Source: an uncultured Pseudomonadales bacterium (GTDB lineage Bacteria > Patescibacteriota > Microgenomatia > UBA1400 > PJMF01). Taken from it: a stretch of 43,011 nucleotides of DNA. A program made the position numbers and the translations under genes. Location of the stretch: the NCBI GenBank assembly GCA_964495475.1, contig CAZBVY010000002.1, forward strand, positions 1 to 43,011, given 5' to 3'. The notes under the pieces were generated by a model, which was not told where the DNA came from, searched no databases, and worked only from the letters and a program-made list of their open reading frames with translations. Positions 18,524 through 26,295 of this stretch are shown here, piece by piece (the stretch's first letter is position 1; every line of letters starts with the position of its first letter).

Positions 18524-19264
18524 TTATCGAGTTTTAATCAAATCATTGATCACAATACCAAAACTAACAGCCACATTCAGTGATTCGGCGTGACCATGCT
18601 TAGGAATGCTTAAAGACTGATCGGCAAGTTGATCAATTTCTTTGGAAGTACCTTTTGATTCGTTACCAAAAACAATAGCAGTTTTGTCTCTAAAATTAAC
18701 GATTTTTCTTGAATCAGCTAATTCTGGTCTGGTAACGACAATTTTGAAACCAGCTTTTTTGAGTTCGATCAAATCAGCCTCGCCATTTTGGCTGGTCACA
18801 ATGAGTAAATGGAAAATGGAGCCCATACTGGAGCGAACGACTTTGGGTTGATAAGGATCGGCGCCGCCAATCAACATAATGGCATCCAATCCAAACCAAT
18901 CGGCAGTTCTGATAATGGTGCCTAAGTTGCCAGGATCACGAATATCTTCTAGCACGGCAATTAATTTAGTTTTTTTGATAGTTTCCAGATTATTATCAGG
19001 CATTCTCACTATTGCCGCAATGCCCGATGGAGTAACAGTTTCTGCCAATTTAGCAAAATCTTTTTCATCGACGATCAATGTTTCTTGATTTTCGCCAAAA
19101 TTCTTTTCTTGGTTAGCAAATTGTCTAGTCATGACTAACTGAATGACTTCTTTTCCGGACGTGATGGCTTCAGACACACCTTTCTTACCTTCAACAATAA
19201 AACAGCCATATTCACTGCGATATTTTTTCTGATTGAGCTTAGAGAGGATTTTTAGACCAAACAT
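18524..19264 (-). CDS. SpoU/TrmH-family RNA 2'-O-methyltransferase
   Basis: EDIRDPGNLGTIIRTA, VFGNESKGTS and IPKHGHAESLNVAVSFGIV motifs. Confidence 0.85.
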   Translation of the reverse strand: MFGLKILSKLNQKKYRSEYGCFIVEGKKGVSEAITSGKEVIQLVMTRQFANQEKNFGENQETLIVDEKDFAKLAETVTPSGIAAIVRMPDNNLETIKKTKLIAVLEDIRDPGNLGTIIRTADWFGLDAIMLIGGADPYQPKVVRSSMGSIFHLLIVTSQNGEADLIELKKAGFKIVVTRPELADSRKIVNFRDKTAIVFGNESKGTSKEIDQLADQSLSIPKHGHAESLNVAVSFGIVINDLIKTR

Positions 19265-19281
19265 GATATATTTTATTATAT

Positions 19282-20181
19282 ATGAAGATTGCTTACATTG
19301 GTCTTGGTAAAATGGGTAAAAACATGGTCTTACGCCTGCTGGAGCAGGGTATAGAAGTGGCGGCTTGGAATCGTTCCAAGGCAGCTGTTGATGAAGTGGT
19401 GTCTGCTGGAGCCACTACTACTGCTAATTTTGCAGGTTTAATCGCAGCTTTGCCAAAGCGTAGAGTTGTGTGGTTAATGTTACCTGCAGGTCAAGTCACC
19501 GATCAAATTATTAATGAACTTTTGCCACATTTAAAAAGTGGTGATCTATTAATTGATGGCGGTAATTCTTTTTATAAAGACACCATACGTCGATCCACCG
19601 AATTAGCTTCAAAAGGCATTAACTATTTAGACATTGGAGTTTCTGGTGGCCCTGGTGGAGCCAGATCTGGAGCTTGCATGATGGTGGGTGGAAATAAAGC
19701 TGACTATGATTATGTTTTGCCAGTTATTAAAGCGGCTTGCGCGCCAGACGCCTATGGTTATGTGGGAAATAGTGGTGCCGGGCATTTTGTCAAAATGATT
19801 CACAATGGAATTGAATACGGCATGATGCAGGCCATTGCTGAAGGGGCGGCAGTTTTAGAAAAAAGCTCTTTCAAGCCAGATCTAGCTGAAGTTTTTCGCA
19901 TTTATAATAACAAAACCGTTATTGAATCTAGATTGGTGAATTGGGCCCAGGAAGCTTTCGCAGAAAATCCTCAATTAGCAAATATTTCTTCAGTTATCTC
20001 TCACACTGGTGAAGGAGAGTGGACGATTCAAGCAGCTAAGGAACTTGGTGTGGAAGTACCAATTATTGAAAAATCTTTTCAAGTTAGAGTTGAGTCTGCC
20101 AATGAACCTGAGAACTTTCGCAATAAAGTAGTCTCGATCTTACGCAATAAATTTGGTCACCATAAAGCCACCAAAGATTAA
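19282..20181 (+). CDS. gnd: 6-phosphogluconate dehydrogenase (decarboxylating), short ~300-aa type
   Basis: IGLGKMGKNM Rossmann start and GNSGAGHFVKMIHNGIEYGMMQ signature. Confidence 0.88.
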   Translation: MKIAYIGLGKMGKNMVLRLLEQGIEVAAWNRSKAAVDEVVSAGATTTANFAGLIAALPKRRVVWLMLPAGQVTDQIINELLPHLKSGDLLIDGGNSFYKDTIRRSTELASKGINYLDIGVSGGPGGARSGACMMVGGNKADYDYVLPVIKAACAPDAYGYVGNSGAGHFVKMIHNGIEYGMMQAIAEGAAVLEKSSFKPDLAEVFRIYNNKTVIESRLVNWAQEAFAENPQLANISSVISHTGEGEWTIQAAKELGVEVPIIEKSFQVRVESANEPENFRNKVVSILRNKFGHHKATKD

Positions 20182-20204
20182 ATTTTTTTAGAGCGACTTA
20201 AAGT

Positions 20205-21644
20205 TTAGAAAGAGCAAAAAGAGACTGATGGTTCAAGCCATTTCCTACCATCTTTTTCAATAATTTCATCAGCTTCAACTGGTCCCCAACTACCTCTCTG
20301 GTAGCTAACAAGATTTTTTCGCTCCGCAATTAAAGGATCAATGAATTTCCATTGCGCCTCAACTTCTTCGGCATCAACGAAAAAGGTTTGATCACCGCGA
20401 AGAGCATCGAATAATAGTCTTAAGTAGGGATCTGGCAGCGTAGCAGCAGTGTGTTTGTAACAGTATTGCATGTATTCACTTTGTAGCTTTAGATCTGTTC
20501 CAGGAAATTTAGAGAGAAATTTTAGAACAATGCCTTCGTTTGGTTGAATACGATAAATCAGTACATTAGCTTCTCCGCCACCGTTGATGTGTGAAAACAA
20601 ATGTTTGACGTCATTCTTAAAAACAATGGCGACTTCAGTGACTGTTTGCTTGAGAAATTTGCCGCCTCTCACATAAATTGGGACACCGTGAAAACGCTTA
20701 TTATTGATGTGAGTTTTGAAGCTAAAAAAAGTTTCTCTGCTAGAATTCGTTACCACATCTTTTTCATCTAGATAACCTTCATATTGGCCAAAAACTACAC
20801 GATCTTTTTCTGGAATAAGTTCTTCAATAATTTTGGTTCTTTTATCAGTAATATCTTGATTAGACAATGATTTTGGGGCTTCCATAGTAGTGAGGGCAAT
20901 CATCTGCAAGATGTGATTTTGTCCGACATCTTTGAGTGCGCCGACACTGTCATAGTAGCCACCGCGCATGCCAATTCCAAAATCTTCAGAAGCAGTTACT
21001 TGGATATGATCGATGTTATCTTTATTGATTAATGATTCAAACAAATTGTTGCCAAATCTAAAAGTTAAAATGTTTTGCAATGTTTCTCTGCCAAGATAGT
21101 GATCTAGACGGAAAATTTGGTCCTCAGCGTAGTAACTAGTCAATAGTTTGTTGAGTTTTTTAGCTGAATCAAGATCGCTGCCGATTGGTTTTTCGACAAT
21201 GACTCTGACGTAGCCACATTCTTGGTTATTTAGACCGCTAGTTTGTAGATGATTAAAAACAGTTGGGTAGAGATCTGGATAGGTAGCCAAATAGAACATG
21301 CGGTTGCTGCATGATTTATCTTTTGCAAGCAGATTCATCAATTTATCGTAAACTTCTTTTTGAGCAATATCGCCAGATACATAGAGCATTCTGGAAAGTA
21401 AATTATCTGCGACTTCTTTTTCAATTGGATGTTGATGATGGCGATTGGGTTGATGCAGCACCATATCTGAATATTTTCTAAATTCTTCATGAGAAAGTTC
21501 TTTTCTGCCGATGCCAATAATATTCATTTTTTCAGGCAAAAGATTGGCTTTGACCAAGTCATAGAGAGCGGGAATAAGTTTTAATTGAGCCAAGTTACCT
21601 GTGGCGCCAAAAATAACTAAAGAGAAGGATTCTTGTGTATTCAT
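20205..21644 (-). CDS. zwf: Glucose-6-phosphate 1-dehydrogenase
   Basis: IFGATGNLA NADP site, EKPIG and the active-site peptide RLDHYLGRE. Confidence 0.93.
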   Translation of the reverse strand: MNTQESFSLVIFGATGNLAQLKLIPALYDLVKANLLPEKMNIIGIGRKELSHEEFRKYSDMVLHQPNRHHQHPIEKEVADNLLSRMLYVSGDIAQKEVYDKLMNLLAKDKSCSNRMFYLATYPDLYPTVFNHLQTSGLNNQECGYVRVIVEKPIGSDLDSAKKLNKLLTSYYAEDQIFRLDHYLGRETLQNILTFRFGNNLFESLINKDNIDHIQVTASEDFGIGMRGGYYDSVGALKDVGQNHILQMIALTTMEAPKSLSNQDITDKRTKIIEELIPEKDRVVFGQYEGYLDEKDVVTNSSRETFFSFKTHINNKRFHGVPIYVRGGKFLKQTVTEVAIVFKNDVKHLFSHINGGGEANVLIYRIQPNEGIVLKFLSKFPGTDLKLQSEYMQYCYKHTAATLPDPYLRLLFDALRGDQTFFVDAEEVEAQWKFIDPLIAERKNLVSYQRGSWGPVEADEIIEKDGRKWLEPSVSFCSF

Positions 21645-22558
21645 TTTTTCTTTCTGCTGGCAATATATACCCCAAAGATAATAATTAAAAGGGAAAAAAT
21701 TTGCAATAAACTAGCTGATTCCTGGAGCAAAAAATATCCCAGTGGAATATAAATTGCTGGTTGAAGATAGGTAAATAAACTGGCTTCTGAAGCTTCGATG
21801 CCGTCTTGACCCTTAATGTAAGTGGTCAAACCAATAATTGAGCCAAAGATCGCTCCATAAATTACCACGCCCCAAACCATAAGAGAGCTCAAATCATTAA
21901 TAATACTGTTGCGCCATAGACTGAAGTTGAATTGTAATTCTATGACTGACAAAACGGCAAAAGTAACAATTCCGACATAAAAACTAATGCTACTGACAAA
22001 TAATTTAGGAATTTTATGATAACGTTTTTTAGCCAATAAAAAATAAATAGCGTTAAAAATATTATGAGCAATAATCAATAAATTACCTCCAAGTGAATTT
22101 GTTAAACTACTATTACCATGCCACAGGGGCTCTAGGGTAATTAAAATTGTTCCAAAAAAAGCAAAAATTAAACCCAACCATTCATGACGATCTTGACGTT
22201 CTTTGAGAAAAATAATACCTCCAAAAATTATAAATAATGGAGCACTGGTAGCGATTACATTTGCTTCCAGGGCACTAATTTGACTTAAGCCAATATACAA
22301 ACAACTTAAAGCTAATGAAGTTTCAATTATTTCTAAAAAAATAATTGTCTTGATGGTCTGCCATTTATGCTTAATTTTTCCCCAATAATAGATGATGATG
22401 GGAAGCGACAAAATTCCTGCTAAGAAAAAACGATAAAATAAAAAACGAAAGGGAGTGATGTTAGAATCATTGAATCCTAGCTTTACAATTGGTAAAAAAG
22501 CTCCCCAGGTAATGGTACTAATGATCATGAAAAAATAGGATTTAAGACGTTTGCTCAT
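21641..22558 (-). CDS. EamA/DMT-superfamily transporter
   Basis: About ten TM segments in two EamA-like halves. Its stop overlaps the zwf start by 4 nt. Confidence 0.85.
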   Translation of the reverse strand: MSKRLKSYFFMIISTITWGAFLPIVKLGFNDSNITPFRFLFYRFFLAGILSLPIIIYYWGKIKHKWQTIKTIIFLEIIETSLALSCLYIGLSQISALEANVIATSAPLFIIFGGIIFLKERQDRHEWLGLIFAFFGTILITLEPLWHGNSSLTNSLGGNLLIIAHNIFNAIYFLLAKKRYHKIPKLFVSSISFYVGIVTFAVLSVIELQFNFSLWRNSIINDLSSLMVWGVVIYGAIFGSIIGLTTYIKGQDGIEASEASLFTYLQPAIYIPLGYFLLQESASLLQIFSLLIIIFGVYIASRKKK

Positions 22559-22579
22559 TGGAACCTTATATATTAGAAT
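22551..22579 (+). promoter_or_regulatory. Putative promoter of the DUF4430 gene (very short leader)
   Basis: TTGCTC (22551-22556), 17-nt spacer, TAGAAT (22574-22579). ATG 22590 lies 10 nt downstream. Confidence 0.4.
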
Positions 22580-22589
22580 AGCACGAGTT

Positions 22590-23024
22590 ATGACTAAAAA
22601 TATTAATAAACTTGTCAGTTTTATATTTTTTTTGTTAATTGTCGGAGTGTTGTTATTACGTCAACCTAAAATTCGTGAATTATTTTTTAATGACGCAATA
22701 CCAGCAACAGAAACTAATCCTAGTATCGCTCCTTCTGCTCAATTAGAGTTTCAAGTTGGCGAGAGTAATTCTCAAAAAGATTATCAATTTGTTGCCACCA
22801 GCTCTGGTCAAAATGCTTTAGAGCTAGTTGAAAGTCGGGTAGAATTAAGCCTTAAAAAATATGATTTTGGAGTGATGATTGAAGGAGTAAATGGTTTAAT
22901 GGCAGATAATAAGAATTATTGGGCAGTTTATCAGAATGGCGAATATGCTCAAACTGGTATTGCTCAAATTGAATTACAAAAAAATGATAAGATCGAGCTT
23001 AAATATGAAGAAATCACTTATTAG
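22590..23024 (+). CDS. Secreted/anchored DUF4430-domain protein (possible corrinoid-binding fold)
   Basis: N-terminal TM/signal anchor and a C-terminal GVMIEGVNGL...YWAVYQNGEYAQTGIAQIELQKNDKIELKYE, typical of DUF4430 as I recall it. Confidence 0.65.
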   Translation: MTKNINKLVSFIFFLLIVGVLLLRQPKIRELFFNDAIPATETNPSIAPSAQLEFQVGESNSQKDYQFVATSSGQNALELVESRVELSLKKYDFGVMIEGVNGLMADNKNYWAVYQNGEYAQTGIAQIELQKNDKIELKYEEITY

Positions 23025-23487
23025 TTTAAGTGGGGCAATCCTAACCTATATCTCTAGGTTTAGTTTTTTGCCAGCTAATATTTCTCCACTAGGAGCTTAT
23101 GGATTTTTTGGTGGAAACTTATTGTTTTATTTTTTATCCATTCTAGCTTTTGATTTTTTCAAAGGTGGTTTTTATCAAGGATTTTTGTGGACTTATCTTG
23201 GTTTTGCTGCTTATCCTTTTTTTGCCTTTTTAGCCCGTAAGTTTTCTAAGAAGCAGTGGATATTTTTACCGATGGCTTCTTTTAGTTTTTTTCTACTTTC
23301 CAATTTTGGAGTCTTTTTAGCCTGGTATGATCATAGTTGGCAAGGATTTCTAACTTGTTATGTGTTGGCTCTGCCGTTTTATAGTCGCACACTGCTTGGC
23401 GATTTATTTTTTGGTTATGGCTTTTTATTGCTTAAAAAATTGCATCAAATTGCTTTTTTACGCTCCTCGCGCTATAATGTCCTATAA
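23005..23487 (+). CDS. Polytopic membrane protein, DUF6580/ECF S-component-like
   Basis: LPANISPLGAYGFFGG motif and 5-6 TM segments. The start ATG 23005 overlaps the end of the DUF4430 gene. The family call is from memory only. Confidence 0.5.
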   Translation: MKKSLISLSGAILTYISRFSFLPANISPLGAYGFFGGNLLFYFLSILAFDFFKGGFYQGFLWTYLGFAAYPFFAFLARKFSKKQWIFLPMASFSFFLLSNFGVFLAWYDHSWQGFLTCYVLALPFYSRTLLGDLFFGYGFLLLKKLHQIAFLRSSRYNVL

Positions 23488-24311
23488 TGTTTAAGAAAAA
23501 GACTGGGATTAAGCTTTACAAAAAAGCTCCCACCAAATTTCTTTTGAAGAAAGCACATAGCCTGCAAAGATTGGCTTTGTTTTCTTTTGTTTTGAGTTTG
23601 CTTTTTATTTTTTTTAGTAATCCTTTTACTGCTTATGAGCAAGTTAAAAACTTGCCAAGTAAAACTAGTGAGATTAAACAAATAGTAACTAGTATTCCTG
23701 CCTTTATTAAAGTTTTTCCAGAGGAAGCTGAAAAAAATAGTTTTGCTTTTTTTGATTGGACTAAAGCACAATTAGATAATTCTTGGCCAATTTTTGCTAA
23801 AGAATCAAACTCAAATGCAGATAAAGAAGCCGGTCAAAGTGCTGTTGCGGAAATTACTCCAGTTAAAGATTATGAATCTTTGCCATTTTTTATTGAAATT
23901 CCCAAATTGAATTTATATGAAAAAGTGCAAGCTAACGTCAATCCCAACGAGGTTAAAGAATATCAAATCGCTTTAGAAGAAGGTGTAGCTCACGCTTTAA
24001 ACTCAGGTTTTCCTGGAGAAAATAAATTAATTTATATTTTTGGTCACTCTACTGATGGAGCCTGGAATGTAGAGGCTTTTAATGCAGTTTTTTATCAAAT
24101 TAAAGATTTAGTTGCTGGCGATCAAATCATTTTGCATTTGGGTGAGGAAAAATTTGTGTATCAGGTAAGTGAACAAAATGTAGTTAAGGGAAACGAAATT
24201 AATTTTGTTAATGATCGTCAGGATCAAAATATATTGCTTTTGCAAACTTGTTGGCCTCCAGGAACTTCTTGGCAAAGACTTTTTATTAGTGCGATTCCAG
24301 TTGCTTTATAA
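23487..24311 (+). CDS. Sortase (transpeptidase)
   Basis: N-terminal TM anchor, catalytic His context YIFGHS, active-site LLLQTCWPPG (TLxTC-type) and a downstream Arg (WQRLF). The start overlaps the previous stop (TAATG). Confidence 0.8.
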   Translation: MFKKKTGIKLYKKAPTKFLLKKAHSLQRLALFSFVLSLLFIFFSNPFTAYEQVKNLPSKTSEIKQIVTSIPAFIKVFPEEAEKNSFAFFDWTKAQLDNSWPIFAKESNSNADKEAGQSAVAEITPVKDYESLPFFIEIPKLNLYEKVQANVNPNEVKEYQIALEEGVAHALNSGFPGENKLIYIFGHSTDGAWNVEAFNAVFYQIKDLVAGDQIILHLGEEKFVYQVSEQNVVKGNEINFVNDRQDQNILLLQTCWPPGTSWQRLFISAIPVAL

Positions 24312-24331
24312 ACTTACAACATCCCATAATA

Positions 24332-24360
24332 TTGACAATTTACAATTATAAATATATAAT
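24332..24360 (+). promoter_or_regulatory. Strong sigma70-type promoter of the sortase-substrate gene
   Basis: TTGACA (24332-24337), 17-nt spacer, TATAAT (24355-24360). ATG 24369 lies 8 nt downstream (leaderless geometry). The upstream 18-mer atcccataatattgacaa is repeated exactly at 25139-25156. Confidence 0.55.
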
Positions 24361-24368
24361 ACTTGTTC

Positions 24369-25061
24369 ATGAGACCTAATATGAAAAAAACAATCTCTTA
24401 CTTACTAATAGTTACTGGCTTCTTTTTGTTCTTTGTGAACTTAGCCAATGCTAAAGAATGCCACACCGTTTATGGTGGAGGTGAAGTTTGCGAAACTGGT
24501 GATTTGAGTTTAGATAAAAAAGTTTTCAATCCAGAAACCAATGAATATTGGGATAATATTGATGCCAAAGATTATACTTTTGCTCCTGGTGAAGAAGTTA
24601 AATTCAAATTACGTGTACAAAATACTTCCGATGTTAAAGTTGACAGCGTCAACATCAACGATGATTTTGATCGTTTAGATGATTACATGATTTATGTTAG
24701 TAGTGACAGAGGTGATTATCGTGCTGAAGTTACCGATCACAAGGTTAAATTTGGTTTAGGTGGACTTAATCCTGATGAAAGTGTAACCGTTTATTTTGTA
24801 GCTCGTTTTAAAAATGCAGGTGAATTGCCAGTAGGTACTACTTGTATTACTAATTCCGCTCATGTTTATTCTCACATCGATTCTATTAGTGATAATGACA
24901 GTGCTAGTTTCTGCGTAGCTACTGAAAGTGGCAAAATTGTTAGCAAAACCACTCCAGCCACTGGTTTTGATTTAAGCACAATTTTAACTTTAGAAGCTTT
25001 AGCTTTTGCTGGTCTTGGTTTTTTAGCTTGGAAAAAAGCTAGAGTTATTGTTAAAAAATAA
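24369..25061 (+). CDS. Cell-surface protein with C-terminal sortase sorting signal
   Basis: Signal peptide ...FFVNLANA and a beta-rich DUF11/CARDB-like body. The C-terminus is TPATG (24951-24965), then a hydrophobic stretch, then KKARVIVKK. The start could be 24369 or 24381; the track gives TTG 24363. Confidence 0.75.
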   Translation: MRPNMKKTISYLLIVTGFFLFFVNLANAKECHTVYGGGEVCETGDLSLDKKVFNPETNEYWDNIDAKDYTFAPGEEVKFKLRVQNTSDVKVDSVNINDDFDRLDDYMIYVSSDRGDYRAEVTDHKVKFGLGGLNPDESVTVYFVARFKNAGELPVGTTCITNSAHVYSHIDSISDNDSASFCVATESGKIVSKTTPATGFDLSTILTLEALAFAGLGFLAWKKARVIVKK

Positions 25062-25083
25062 TTTTTAAATTTTGAAATTTAAA

Positions 25084-25122
25084 CCCCGCTTTACAAGTTT
25101 TGTAGGCGGGGATTTTGTTTTT
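25084..25122 (+). terminator. Rho-independent terminator
   Basis: Long hairpin ccccgcttTACAAgttTTGTAggcgggg (25084-25111) followed by attttgtttttt. Confidence 0.8.
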
Positions 25123-25149
25123 TAAAGAGCTCAAAACTATCCCATAATA

Positions 25150-25178
25150 TTGACAAAAATGACTTATAGTGATATACT
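25150..25178 (+). promoter_or_regulatory. Strong sigma70-type promoter with no ORF behind it
   Basis: TTGACA (25150-25155), 17-nt spacer ending in TGa (extended -10), TATACT (25173-25178). It shares the exact 18-mer with the 24.3-kb promoter. Confidence 0.55.
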
Positions 25179-25184
25179 TTGTAT

Positions 25185-25621
25185 TAGTTATGTGAGGAAT
25201 GGCTTAACTAAAAATTACACAATTTGATTTTTCCTCATTTAACTGACAGCTAAACTGTCTTAACATTTTTGGCAGAAAAAAGGTTTCTGACTACTTGTTT
25301 ATTCACCATTCCGAATAGACGATAAGTCGTCAGAAGCCTCCTTTCTGCTCGAAAGAGTAGAAAAAGGAACTTTTGAAAGAGGAATTGCTTGAGTAGATTT
25401 GCTCTACAATTAGCGATTAAAATCAGACAAAAGTGCACCTTAACAATTGGAGGAAAATGCCTGAAGCATTTAGGTCCAGCTTTTGTGGAAATCATTTTTG
25501 ACTTATTGTGTATTTTATAAATGGTTTCTAAAAAAGCTGGCCCTTCGTGCCGAAAGGCAAAGGACGAGTCGGTGACCACTAACGCTTAGTGGAATTTCGC
25601 GCATATAAGGAGAAGAATCTC
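25185..25621 (+). ncRNA. ORF-free, hairpin-rich transcript or long 5' leader (unclassified)
   Basis: The track has no forward ORF between 25062 and 25588. Hand-found helices are:
- 25187-25199 with 25231-25243 (13 positions: one mismatch, one GU);
- 25282-25291 with 25329-25338 (10 bp), enclosing hairpins tattc/gaata and gac-gataa-gtc;
- 25340-25367 with a GAAA tetraloop;
- 25427-25433 with 25480-25486;
- 25542-25563 with a GAAA tetraloop;
- 25576-25592 (7 bp).
The boundaries are guesses. Confidence 0.4.
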
Positions 25622-26188
25622 ATGCGTAAAAATGTTTTGCTCGTTGTATTCGTATTCGTTTTGGCGAGTTTACTCGCCGCCTGTGGTGCGCAAGCGCCTG
25701 CAGGTACCGCTACTGTAGTTCCGACCCAAACAGCTCGGGTAGAAGTGGTTGTTGTAACTGCTACTCCGGCGGCCACTGAGGCTGTCGTAGTATCTACCCC
25801 CGTACCAACTACCGTGGTAGCACCAGTTGTTACGAATAGCTTGGTTAATCCCGAGCTGTTCGACGCTGGTGAAGATCCGGCGGGAGAGGCCGATCCTGGT
25901 CTCTTTGACATTGGTGTAAATGCCAATCAGTTGGGCATCGTTTTCGGTTGGGACCTTTCTTGGGGTGAAAACTCTATTAAAGGCGAAGGATGCGAAATTG
26001 TAGTACTGTCTGGTGGATGGTACGAAAATTTCAAAATCCTTGACGGCAGATATGAAATTTATGATTTGCCTTCATCCGATATCGATGGTTGGACAAAAGT
26101 CCTCGTCGAACAGCGGGTGGCTGAACAAGCTGCTCACTACGGATGTTCTGCCGACGCTGTCCCCCCAGTTTGGGAGGGCGGCGAATAG
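25622..26188 (+). CDS. Lipoprotein with T/V/P/A-rich linker, compositionally foreign
   Basis: SD aaggaga 8 nt upstream of the ATG. Signal peptide plus lipobox MRKNVLLVVFVFVLASLLAAC, then a low-complexity linker TATVVPTQTARVEVVVVTATPAATEAVVVSTPVPTTVVAPVV and a small globular C-terminal domain. GC-rich codons (GCG, CCG, CGG) are unlike the neighbours. Confidence 0.75.
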   Translation: MRKNVLLVVFVFVLASLLAACGAQAPAGTATVVPTQTARVEVVVVTATPAATEAVVVSTPVPTTVVAPVVTNSLVNPELFDAGEDPAGEADPGLFDIGVNANQLGIVFGWDLSWGENSIKGEGCEIVVLSGGWYENFKILDGRYEIYDLPSSDIDGWTKVLVEQRVAEQAAHYGCSADAVPPVWEGGE

Positions 26189-26208
26189 CCGTCCTCGATC
26201 CTCCAATT

Positions 26209-26290
26209 CCCGCGAGTCTTCAAAAGCTCGCGGGAAACCTTAAGTTCATAATAATATTAAAGATTGTGAGTTTAAGGTTTCTTGTTTTTT
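26209..26290 (+). terminator. Terminator-like region (two hairpins, second followed by a T-run)
   Basis: The first hairpin is cccgcgag-N10-ctcgcggg (26209-26234). The second pairs gaaaccttaa (26234-26243) with ttaaggtttc (26272-26281) and is followed by ttgtttttt. Confidence 0.4.
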
Positions 26291-26295
26291 AAAAT

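Noticed and set aside
25457-25501. A 14-codon mini-ORF (MPEAFRSSFCGNHF) preceded by GGAGG inside the structured leader
   Set aside because: The SD-to-ATG spacing is only 3 nt and there is no supporting feature. It cannot be excluded as a regulatory leader peptide, but I have no evidence for one.
25565-25574. A 10-nt identity (cgagtcggtg) to the 3' hairpin region of the SpCas9 tracrRNA/sgRNA scaffold
   Set aside because: It is a single short match with no repeat/anti-repeat, no CRISPR array and no cas, IscB or TnpB gene in the window. It is most likely coincidence.
25185-25621. The structured RNA as a known housekeeping RNA (RNase P, tmRNA, SRP/4.5S, 6S), a T-box or a common riboswitch
   Set aside because: I found no GAGGAAAGUCC/ACAGAA-type RNase P conserved regions. 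There is no tRNA-like acceptor/T-arm or tag ORF for tmRNA, no SRP domain IV motif, no T-box sequence and no B12-box. This is a by-eye check only, so cmscan is still needed.
25250-26243. Track ORFs 25250..25579 (-), 25579..25926 (-) and 26013..26243 (+)
   Set aside because: The first is antisense to the ORF-free leader, starts at GTG with no SD and has a junk-like basic/aromatic composition. The other two overlap the lipoprotein gene, one antisense and one in another forward frame. They exist only because the GC-rich island has few stop codons, and their A/T/S/G-rich or R/S-rich sequences look non-biological.
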